From: Mycolicibacterium pyrenivorans
Lineage (GTDB): Bacteria; Actinomycetota; Actinomycetes; Mycobacteriales; Mycobacteriaceae
NCBI RefSeq assembly: GCF_025821625.1
Contig: NZ_JACKSH010000259.1
Location: forward strand, 13,347 to 45,346
Direction: 5' to 3'
DNA length: 32,000 bases
Below the pieces are notes generated by a model that was not told the origin of the DNA, ran no database searches, and was given only the letters and a program-made list of their open reading frames with translations. Below are positions 6,578 to 13,682 of this stretch, piece after piece. A program made the position numbers and the translations under genes. Numbering within the stretch: the stretch's first letter is position 1; each line of letters begins with the position of its first letter.

Positions 6578-8062
6578 ATGGGTGAGCGTGTCGAACCGTC
6601 CGCCCTGGTGGGTGGCGACGGCCACGCGGTGCAGCTCAGGCTGGAGCGGTGTGTCGCCGCTCTGCGGCGCATGGTCGACGGGGGCTGGTTCGACGACCAC
6701 GACGACACCGTCGGCATGGAAGTGGAGTTCGATCTCGTCGACCCGTTGGGCCGGCCGCGGCTGATCAATGACGCGGTCCTGGCACGGCTGGGCCGCGCCG
6801 ACATGCAGCATGAGCTCGGCCAGTTCAACGTCGAGCTGAATCTGGCGCCCCGCCGGCTCCGGGGCCGCGTCCTGCGCGAGTGTGAATCCGACCTCGCCGG
6901 CGTGTTCGACCGGTGCCGGGCGGCGATCGAAGTGCTCGGGGTCCGGCTGGTCGCGGTCGGCATGCTGCCCACCCTGAGCGCCGAGCAGCTGACCGCAGAG
7001 CACATCTCGCACAGCCCGCGCTATGAGCTGCTGGCACGGCGCGTGCGCGCTGCTCGCCACCGCCCGTTCTCGGTGCGCATCGTCGACGGGTGCGAGCCGG
7101 TGGAGTTCAGCACCGACTCGGTCGCCCCCGACGCCGCCACCACCAGTCTGCAGCTGCACCTGCGGGTGCCGCCGGACCGGTTCGCCGCCTACTACAACGC
7201 CGCCCAGTCGATCGCCGGCGCCCAGCTGGCGGTGGCTGCGAACGCGCCCTACCTGCTCGGTAACCAGGTCTGGCAGGAGACCCGAATTCCGTTGCTGGAG
7301 CAGCTTCTTGACACCCGCCGCCCCAAGGAGCTCCGAAGAGGTGCTCCGGCGCGGGTTCGCCTCGGCGACCGGTGGATCGACGATCCCGTGGAGTTGTTCG
7401 ACGAAACCGTCCGGGACTTCCCTCCGCTGATTCCCACGCTGGAGGCCGAGGATCCCGACGTCGCCGTCGATGCGGGGTGTGTTCCGGGCCTGCGCGAGCT
7501 CCGGCTGCACAACGGCACGGTGTGGCGTTGGAACCGTCCCGTCTACGACGTCCAGGCCGGACGCCCGCAGCTGCGCATCGAAAACCGGGTGCTGCCCAGC
7601 GGACCGACCGCCGTCGACATGATCGCCAACGCCGCGTACTACTACGGCCTGGTCCGCGCGGTCGCCGACGATCATGCCGGCGATCCCGCCCGGTGGGAGC
7701 AGATGCCGTTCGCGGTGGCCGAGCGGGACCTGCACCGTGCGGCGCGCGAAGGTCTGGCGGCCGAATTGTCTTGGCGCGGCGTCGACTATCCGGTCGATCG
7801 GCTCACCTGTGAGATCCTGCTGCCGGCCGCCGCGGCGGGGCTCGATGCGTGGGGGGTTGATCCCGACGACCGCGATCGGTACCTCGGCGTCATCGAAGCG
7901 CGGGTGCGAAGCGGCCGTACCGGTGCCGCCTGGCAGGTCGAGACCGTGCGCCGTCTTCAGGAGCGCGGGCTTGATCGCATCGCGGCACTGCACGAAATGA
8001 CGCGGCGGTATGTCGAGCACGCGCACACCGGCGCACCGGTGCACGAATGGCCCGTGTCATGA
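6578..8062 (+). CDS. Glutamate-cysteine ligase family 2 (GCS2) / carboxylate-amine ligase-like protein
   Basis: TVGMEVEFDLVD ... HELGQFNVELNL ... SLQLHLRVP ... LRIENRVLPSGPT ... is the GCS2/YbdK-type pattern. I place the start at ATG 6578, preceded by GAGGAGG, in frame with the track ORF from 6506. Confidence 0.8.
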   Translation: MGERVEPSALVGGDGHAVQLRLERCVAALRRMVDGGWFDDHDDTVGMEVEFDLVDPLGRPRLINDAVLARLGRADMQHELGQFNVELNLAPRRLRGRVLRECESDLAGVFDRCRAAIEVLGVRLVAVGMLPTLSAEQLTAEHISHSPRYELLARRVRAARHRPFSVRIVDGCEPVEFSTDSVAPDAATTSLQLHLRVPPDRFAAYYNAAQSIAGAQLAVAANAPYLLGNQVWQETRIPLLEQLLDTRRPKELRRGAPARVRLGDRWIDDPVELFDETVRDFPPLIPTLEAEDPDVAVDAGCVPGLRELRLHNGTVWRWNRPVYDVQAGRPQLRIENRVLPSGPTAVDMIANAAYYYGLVRAVADDHAGDPARWEQMPFAVAERDLHRAAREGLAAELSWRGVDYPVDRLTCEILLPAAAAGLDAWGVDPDDRDRYLGVIEARVRSGRTGAAWQVETVRRLQERGLDRIAALHEMTRRYVEHAHTGAPVHEWPVS

Positions 8063-8087
8063 CTGCACCGCACCCTAGGGTGGCCGA

Positions 8088-9365
8088 ATGCGCACGGATC
8101 GAATCGTTCACATCGGTCGGCAGATCGGGTCGTCGGCTGTCACGGCGGTGACCGCCGCGTCGACACTGAACGGCTACCGGCCGTTGGCACGCAAGGGCTA
8201 CCCGTCGATCCTGTCGTTCGGGTTCGGTTTGGTGGTGAGCGAGTTCCCGCTGCAGACGCTTGTGAGCCAGCTCGGCGGGCTGGCGTTGACCACTCGCCAC
8301 CTGACCCGCCCGGTGCGCGCGATCGCCTGGGTGGTGGCCGGCATTTCGGCGGCGGGTCTGCTGAACTTCAACCGCGCGGGTCACAAGGCCGCTGTCCCGC
8401 TGCGCGCAGCGTTGGACAGCGGCCTGGGCACCGGCCGCCGCACGGACTCAACGGGCCTGTGGCGCCGGCCAGTCGGTGCCGGCACCGCCAAGAGCTCGGG
8501 TGCGCTGCGGATGTTGCGGATCTACCGCGACTACACCCACGACGCCGACATCAGCTACGGCGAGTACGGCAGTGCCAATCATCTCGACCTCTGGCGGCGT
8601 CCCGACCTCGACCGGGCCGGGAAAGCACCGGTACTGTTCCAGATCCCCGGCGGCGCCTGGATCACAGGCAACAAGCGTGGACAAGCACATCCATTGATGA
8701 GCCATCTCGCCGAACTCGGCTGGATCTGCGTGGCGGTCAACTATCGGCACAGCCCGCGCAACACGTGGCCCGACCACATCGTCGACGTCAAGCGCGCGCT
8801 GGCGTGGGTCAAGACTCATATCGCCGAATACGGCGGCGACCCCGACTTCATCGCCATCACCGGCGGCTCGGCCGGTGGCCATCTCTCATCGCTGGCTGCG
8901 CTGACACCCAATGACCCGCGATATCAGCCGGGCTTCGAAGACGTCGACACCGGCGTCCAGGCGGCGGTCCCGTTCTACGGCGTCTACGACTTCACCCGCT
9001 TCGAGGACGCGATGCATCCGTCGATGCCGGAGCTGCTTGAGCAGATGGTCATCAAACAACCGCACAAAACGAGCTTCGAGACGTATGTCGACGCGTCGCC
9101 GGTGAACCATGTCGCCGCGGACGCCCCGCCGTTCTTCGTCCTGCACGGGACCAACGACTCGCTGGTTCCCGTCGAACAGGCTCGGGCATTCGTCGCGAAG
9201 CTGCGGGACGTCAGCACCCAGCCGGTCGTGTACGCCGAATTGCCGTTCGCCCAGCACGCATTCGACATGCTCGGCTCGGCGCGCGCCGCACACACGGCTG
9301 TCGCCGCCGAGCAATTTCTGGCCGAGATCTACGCGAATCACCGGTGTGCAGTGACCGACCAGTAG
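8088..9365 (+). CDS. Membrane-anchored esterase/lipase of the hormone-sensitive-lipase fold (LipQ-like)
   Basis: The N-terminal ~100 aa are hydrophobic. Motifs: IPGGAWITGNK (HGG-type oxyanion), GGSAGGHL (GxSxG), GTNDSLVP (Asp) and AQHAFD (His). Size and layout resemble my recollection of M. tuberculosis LipQ. Confidence 0.85.
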   Translation: MRTDRIVHIGRQIGSSAVTAVTAASTLNGYRPLARKGYPSILSFGFGLVVSEFPLQTLVSQLGGLALTTRHLTRPVRAIAWVVAGISAAGLLNFNRAGHKAAVPLRAALDSGLGTGRRTDSTGLWRRPVGAGTAKSSGALRMLRIYRDYTHDADISYGEYGSANHLDLWRRPDLDRAGKAPVLFQIPGGAWITGNKRGQAHPLMSHLAELGWICVAVNYRHSPRNTWPDHIVDVKRALAWVKTHIAEYGGDPDFIAITGGSAGGHLSSLAALTPNDPRYQPGFEDVDTGVQAAVPFYGVYDFTRFEDAMHPSMPELLEQMVIKQPHKTSFETYVDASPVNHVAADAPPFFVLHGTNDSLVPVEQARAFVAKLRDVSTQPVVYAELPFAQHAFDMLGSARAAHTAVAAEQFLAEIYANHRCAVTDQ

Positions 9366-9386
9366 CGGCGCTGAAGCCGGTGCAGT

Positions 9387-9617
9387 TCACGGCGAAGCGG
9401 ACCGTGGGTGGCCCGCCCGTCGAGCCCGGGCCGACGGGCATCCACGCGCCAGGAGGTCGTCGAGGCCGACGCCTTTCTTCTTGAGCAGCTTGGTGGCGTG
9501 CTGGGCACGTTCGTCGGCCGATTCAGCGAGCCGCGCGAGCGAGCGCTTGCGTTCGTCGTCGGCCTTGGCACGGGTGGCTCTGGTCGACTTGAGCGCCGAT
9601 CCGCGTAAACGGATCAT
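9387..9617 (-). CDS. Hypothetical small basic protein (76 aa)
   Basis: High third-position GC and natural-looking composition (MIRLRGSALKSTRATRAKADDERKRSLARLAESADERAQHATKLLKKKGVGLDDLL). It lies 37 nt downstream of the vapC stop. The RBS is poor, the last 17 aa look non-native, and no family is recognised. Confidence 0.35.
   Translation of the reverse strand: MIRLRGSALKSTRATRAKADDERKRSLARLAESADERAQHATKLLKKKGVGLDDLLARGCPSARARRAGHPRSASP
9415..9439 (+). terminator. Hairpin downstream of the esterase gene
   Basis: gcccgtcg-agcccgggc-cgacgggc: 8-bp stem, 50 nt past the stop at 9365. It overlaps the odd C-terminal tail of the minus-strand small ORF. Confidence 0.3.
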
Positions 9618-9654
9618 CCCTTGCTCGAGTTAGTCGGCCCCCCGAGTCGTCCCT

Positions 9655-10041
9655 TCAGGACCCGCCGATATCGGTCTGCGCGAAATCGTCGCCTTTGAAC
9701 AGCAGAGGCTGGTTGCTGACCTTGGCCAGGGCATAGGAGAAGCAATCGCCGTAGTTGAGGGCTGCGCGGTGCCGCCCTTTGCCGTATGTACGGTAAGCGA
9801 TCCGAGCGACGTCGGCTTGGTCGGCGTCGACGGCCACCAGATCGACTGCAGCCCGATGAAGCCAAAGGTCCAGCTCACGCCCACCAGGCTCGCCGAATCG
9901 TGCTTCGATCACGATCGCCGTCTCCACATACGATGCCGTCGACATCAACCGCGTGCCGTCCGCTTCGACAGCGGCCTCGAACACGTCGGCCTCCGGTTCG
10001 TCGCTCAGCATGGCTACCAGAGCCGACGTGTCGATGACCAT
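9655..10041 (-). CDS. vapC: VapC PIN-domain ribonuclease toxin
   Basis: [13 protein letters not shown]..., ETAIVIE, NYGDCFSYALA and FKGDDF supply the four acidic PIN positions. The start overlaps the upstream antitoxin stop (TAATG). Confidence 0.9.
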   Translation of the reverse strand: MVIDTSALVAMLSDEPEADVFEAAVEADGTRLMSTASYVETAIVIEARFGEPGGRELDLWLHRAAVDLVAVDADQADVARIAYRTYGKGRHRAALNYGDCFSYALAKVSNQPLLFKGDDFAQTDIGGS

Positions 10042-10295
10042 TACGCGGGCAGACCGCGGTCGTCGTAGCCGAGGATCTCATCGGCGGATCGGTTGTCGAC
10101 GACCGGCAAGGCTGCGCATCGACGACGGATCGCAGCCAGCTCCTCGCGCAGCGGAATACTTCTCGTGCGCCCCGTCTCACGGGCCAGCCGCTCGCGCAAT
10201 GCGACCAAGACTGCTTCGGTCAGACTCTCTCCCGTCCGAGCAGCCAGTTCCCGGGCGAGTCTGTCCGCCTCGGGGTCCTTGATACTGAGCGCCAT
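10041..10295 (-). CDS. vapB: VapB antitoxin (84 aa)
   Basis: [37 protein letters not shown]... is the typical short antitoxin partner of VapC. I place the start at ATG 10295, immediately downstream of a TATAAT box. Confidence 0.8.
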   Translation of the reverse strand: MALSIKDPEADRLARELAARTGESLTEAVLVALRERLARETGRTRSIPLREELAAIRRRCAALPVVDNRSADEILGYDDRGLPA

Positions 10296-10337
10296 GTCGA
10301 GATTATATATAGAAATCTTGAATCCAGACACTTGTCT
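10296..10337 (-). promoter_or_regulatory. AT-rich vapBC promoter with consensus -10 placed for a leaderless mRNA, plus an inverted repeat at the -35 position
   Basis: Minus strand reads AGACAagTGTCTggattcaagatttctatTATAATctcgacATG. The TATAAT (10307..10302) ends 6 nt before the ATG, so the predicted TSS is the A of the start codon. The AGACA/TGTCT inverted repeat is at 10326-10337. This is the most AT-rich spot in the neighbourhood. Confidence 0.5.
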
Positions 10338-10578
10338 TCGCGCTGCGATGCAGGTGCTTCGCCTGCTCTATGACATCCCAGGACTCAAGAAATGATCCCG
10401 CACCGTCGATCGGCGTGGTCGTCGGAGGCAAGCCGGCGTAACAGTGGGGCCGTCATGCTGCTGCCCGGCGGTCGTAGCGGCGGTCGAGCAATGGCCCGTG
10501 TCATGACCGACCAGCATCGTACGGACCTACCGTACCATTGTGATACGACTTTCCTGTACGAGAAAGGGTGGTTCCCAC

Positions 10579-10863
10579 GTGAGCATCAGCGCCAGTGAGG
10601 CTCGGCAGCGCCTCTTCCCACTTCTCGAACAAGTCAACACCGACCATGAGCCGGTACGCATCACTTCCAGGGCAGGAGATGCGGTGCTCATGTCCGCCGA
10701 CGACTACGACTCGTGGCAGGAAACGGTCTACCTACTGCGCTCGCCCGAGAATGCCCGCCGACTCATGGAGGCCGTCGCGCGCGACAAGGCCGCCCAGCAC
10801 GCAACCCCGCACGTCACCAAGTCGATCGACGAACTTAAGGAGATGGCCGGCGGCGAGGAGTGA
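10579..10863 (+). CDS. yefM: YefM/Phd-family antitoxin
   Basis: [65 protein letters not shown] is a classic YefM sequence. Start at GTG 10579 after an AAGGGTGG SD. Confidence 0.85.
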   Translation: MSISASEARQRLFPLLEQVNTDHEPVRITSRAGDAVLMSADDYDSWQETVYLLRSPENARRLMEAVARDKAAQHATPHVTKSIDELKEMAGGEE

Positions 10864-11117
10864 GACACATCAACTTCGACCCAGATGCCTGGGAAGACTT
10901 CCTGTTTTGGTTGGCCTCCGACCGCAAGACGGCTCGACGGATCACGAGACTGATCGGAGAGATCCAGCGCGATCCGTTCGGAGGGATCGGCAAACCGGAA
11001 CCGCTCAAGGGCGAACTGTCCGGATATTGGTCTCGGCGAATCGACGACGAACACCGGCTCGTCTACCGAGCAGACGACAACGAAGTCAAGATTTTGAAGG
11101 CCCGATACCACTACTGA
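10860..11117 (+). CDS. yoeB: YoeB/Txe-family mRNA interferase toxin
   Basis: [12 protein letters not shown]...[49 protein letters not shown]......[10 protein letters not shown]. The GTG start overlaps the yefM stop (GTGA). Confidence 0.9.
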   Translation: MRHINFDPDAWEDFLFWLASDRKTARRITRLIGEIQRDPFGGIGKPEPLKGELSGYWSRRIDDEHRLVYRADDNEVKILKARYHY

Positions 11118-11149
11118 CAAGCCCGAACTCAAAGCAGCACCGACAGGAC

Positions 11150-12298
11150 TCAGACCGCGGCGCCGAGCTCCGCGTAGACCGCAGCCTCGAAGCCGAGGAT
11201 CGTCTCGACCATCTTGTCGTCGAAGAACGGCAGAAGCTGCGTCGCGATCACGGCGCCGATCCCCGCCGTGCGGTCGATCCAGAAGAAGCTGTTGAACAGC
11301 CCCGACCAGTCCGCCGAGCCGGCGCTGCGCATGCCGGGCAGGTCGACCAGGTAAAGGTGAAACCCCAGGCCCCACCCCTGGGGGACGTCGAGCAGCTCGA
11401 CCGGCCTGGCCAGCTCGGGGATCGTCGGCTCCATCTGCTTCGGCAGCGGCGCCCCGTCGAGGTGGTCCCGCAACGCGAGCTCGACGGTCTCCTCTTTGAG
11501 GATGCGCGCGCCGTCGAGCTGGCCGCCGTTGAGCCAGGCGCGCACGAAACGCCCGTAGTCGGCGATCGTCCCGTAGGACCCGTGGCCGGCGGCGTCCCAC
11601 TCCGGCTGCGCCGGCAGGTCGAGGTCGGTGGCCATCAGACTGCCGTCCGGCGCCCGGAAGCGGACCGGCAGCAAGCGCGCGCGCTGCTCGTCGGTCGGGT
11701 CGAACGTCGAGTCCGTCATGCCGAGCGGGCCGTAGACATGCTCGGCGAGGTAGTCGGCCAGCGTCTGGCCGCTGGCAGCCTCGACGACCATGCCGACCCA
11801 GTCGGTGCTGACGCCGTACTCCCACACCGTGCCGGGATCGTGGACCAGCGGCGCGCTGATGCTCTCCTTGATGCCCTCGAGCGGGTTGGGAAAGTTCTGC
11901 CCGGTGCAGTATGCGAAGAGCTTCTCGTTGAGGAAGTGGTAACCGCAGCCGGCCGTGTGGTTCATCAGATGCCGGACGGTCGCCTGCGTCTTGGGCGCCC
12001 GCAGGACCGGCTCACGGCCTTCGAAGTGGTCAAGCACCTGGAGCTCGCCGAACTCCGGCACGATCGACGCGACGGTCGCGTCCAGGTCGACGCGCCCCTG
12101 CTCGACGAGCTGTAGCGCCGCGGTGGTCGCGACGGCCTTGGTCATCGACGCGTTGCGGAACATCGTGTCGGGCTTCGCATCTCCGGCTGCGCCCTGGTAG
12201 AGGACACCGTCGCGGCCGACCACCGTCGCGGCGACGCCATGCAGCGACCCGTCAGCGGTCACGCCGGCCAGAAGGTCGTCGATTCGCTCGAACCCCAT
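11150..12298 (-). CDS. Beta-lactamase-fold serine hydrolase (class C / EstB-like esterase family)
   Basis: SMTKAVATTAAL is the SxxK nucleophile motif near the N-terminus, and length and composition fit the family. I place the start at ATG 12298, 6 nt after AAGGAG and 1 nt after the SPFH gene stop. Confidence 0.85.
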   Translation of the reverse strand: MGFERIDDLLAGVTADGSLHGVAATVVGRDGVLYQGAAGDAKPDTMFRNASMTKAVATTAALQLVEQGRVDLDATVASIVPEFGELQVLDHFEGREPVLRAPKTQATVRHLMNHTAGCGYHFLNEKLFAYCTGQNFPNPLEGIKESISAPLVHDPGTVWEYGVSTDWVGMVVEAASGQTLADYLAEHVYGPLGMTDSTFDPTDEQRARLLPVRFRAPDGSLMATDLDLPAQPEWDAAGHGSYGTIADYGRFVRAWLNGGQLDGARILKEETVELALRDHLDGAPLPKQMEPTIPELARPVELLDVPQGWGLGFHLYLVDLPGMRSAGSADWSGLFNSFFWIDRTAGIGAVIATQLLPFFDDKMVETILGFEAAVYAELGAAV

Positions 12299-12299
12299 C

Positions 12300-13202
12300 T
12301 CAAGCTCCTTTGCTTTCGGGGATATTCGAGCCATCATCGCATTGCGTCAGCGCAGATGAAATGCCCGAGAGCGACGCCGTCAGCGCAGCCTGAATGTCGG
12401 TGTTCGACCGCGACTCGTCATCCTCGGCGAGTCCCTCGCGCCCCTGCGGCGTCGACCGTTCCAGGAAGCGCAGCAGTTCGACGGGGAACGGCAGCACCAG
12501 CGTCGAGTTCTTCTCCGCGGCCACCTCCACGACGGTCTGCAGCAGCCGCAGTTGCAGTGCCGCGGGTTTCTCGGACATCACGCCGGCCGCCGCGGCCAGC
12601 TTCTGCGAGGCCTGCAATTCGCCGTCGGCGGTGATGACCCTGGCCCGTCGCTCCCGCTCAGCCTCGGCCTGGCGGGCGATCGACCGCTTCATCGAGTCGG
12701 GCAGGATCACGTCCTTGATCTCGACGCGGTCGATGTGAATGCCCCAGCCCAGCGCGGGGCTGTCGATCATCAACTCCAGGCCCTGGTTGAGGTGCTCCCG
12801 GTTGGACAGCAGGTCATCGAGGTTGCTCTTGCCGATGATCGACCGCAGCGACGTCTGCGCGACCTGCCCGATGGCCGACATGTAGTCCTGGACGTCGACG
12901 GCCGCCCGCACCGGATCGGCCACCTTGAAGTAGATGACCGCGTCCACCCGGACGGTGACGTTGTCGCGGGTGATGCCGTCCTGGGCGGGCACCGGCATCG
13001 TGATGATCTGCATGTTCACTTTCTGCAGGCGATCGGCGACCGGTATCAGCAGTGTCAGGCCGGGCTCGCGCACCCGGGACCGCACCTGCCCGAACCGGTA
13101 CACCACGCCGCGTTCGAACTGTTGGATCACGCGCACGCTGGTCCCGAGGACCGAGAGCAGTGTCAGGGCGACCAGGCCGGCCACTACGTAGAGGGTGATC
13201 AT
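12300..13202 (-). CDS. SPFH/band-7 (stomatin-prohibitin-like) membrane scaffold protein
   Basis: N-terminal TM MITLYVVAGLVALTLLSVLG, then VRVIQQFERGVVYRFGQ...GLTLLIPVADRLQKVNMQIITMPVPAQDGITRDNVTVRVDAVIYFKV...AQTSLRSIIG...RVEIKDVILP, followed by a coiled-coil AEAERERRARV. Start at ATG 13202. Confidence 0.9.
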   Translation of the reverse strand: MITLYVVAGLVALTLLSVLGTSVRVIQQFERGVVYRFGQVRSRVREPGLTLLIPVADRLQKVNMQIITMPVPAQDGITRDNVTVRVDAVIYFKVADPVRAAVDVQDYMSAIGQVAQTSLRSIIGKSNLDDLLSNREHLNQGLELMIDSPALGWGIHIDRVEIKDVILPDSMKRSIARQAEAERERRARVITADGELQASQKLAAAAGVMSEKPAALQLRLLQTVVEVAAEKNSTLVLPFPVELLRFLERSTPQGREGLAEDDESRSNTDIQAALTASLSGISSALTQCDDGSNIPESKGA

Positions 13203-13435
13203 GATGACTCCATTCCGCCCAGCATCGCGTCGAGGCACGGAACGGTGAACCTCGCCGTCGGTGCGTCGAGGCCCGAGGGAAATCCGACCGATCTCCGGCC
13301 CATGGGGCCCGAGTCCATAGTTCGATTGTGGCACCGGTCGCTAGTGGACTCAACGCCGTTGCCGAGCATGCTGGACGGAGGGTCTCCGTCGTGCCACCGT
13401 GGACACAGCCGCAAAGTTCCGAGGAGGTGCTTTCC

Positions 13436-13594
13436 ATGGAGCAGACCCAGCAGAGCCCGGCCCATCAGGAGTGTCCCGACTGTCATGCGCTCACGGCAGA
13501 CCTGGCGGCGCACAAGCAGTGGCACGCCCGGCTCGTCCACGACATCGCCACGGCGGTCGACAAAGACGCGAAACGCCGCGCGGGCGCTCAGTAG
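13436..13594 (+). CDS. Hypothetical 52-aa protein with a CxxC-H...H...H pattern
   Basis: MEQTQQSPAHQECPDCHALTADLAAHKQWHARLVHDIATAVDKDAKRRAGAQ. A GAGGAGG SD lies 5 nt upstream of ATG 13436, and the gene ends 88 nt upstream of ponA2. No family recognised. Confidence 0.35.
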   Translation: MEQTQQSPAHQECPDCHALTADLAAHKQWHARLVHDIATAVDKDAKRRAGAQ

Positions 13595-13682
13595 CGCGGC
13601 CGGCCTCAGCGAGAAGTCACGGCGTTTGCGAGTCCCGCGCAATCCACCTCCCAGGTGCCGCGAACCGTCCTAAGCTGACCCC

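Noticed and set aside
6281-8044. 587-aa ORF antisense to the GCS2 ligase gene
   Set aside because: Arg/Gly/Pro-rich with no recognisable domain. The opposite strand encodes a coherent GCS2-type protein with a strong SD.
10595-12115. 506-aa plus-strand ORF spanning yefM/yoeB and the antisense of the beta-lactamase-fold gene
   Set aside because: It is out of frame with the clearly recognisable YefM and YoeB sequences and antisense to the SxxK hydrolase. Its composition is Arg/Pro-rich.
12552-13673. 373-aa plus-strand ORF opposite the SPFH gene
   Set aside because: It is antisense to a textbook band-7 protein, and its translation has no motifs.
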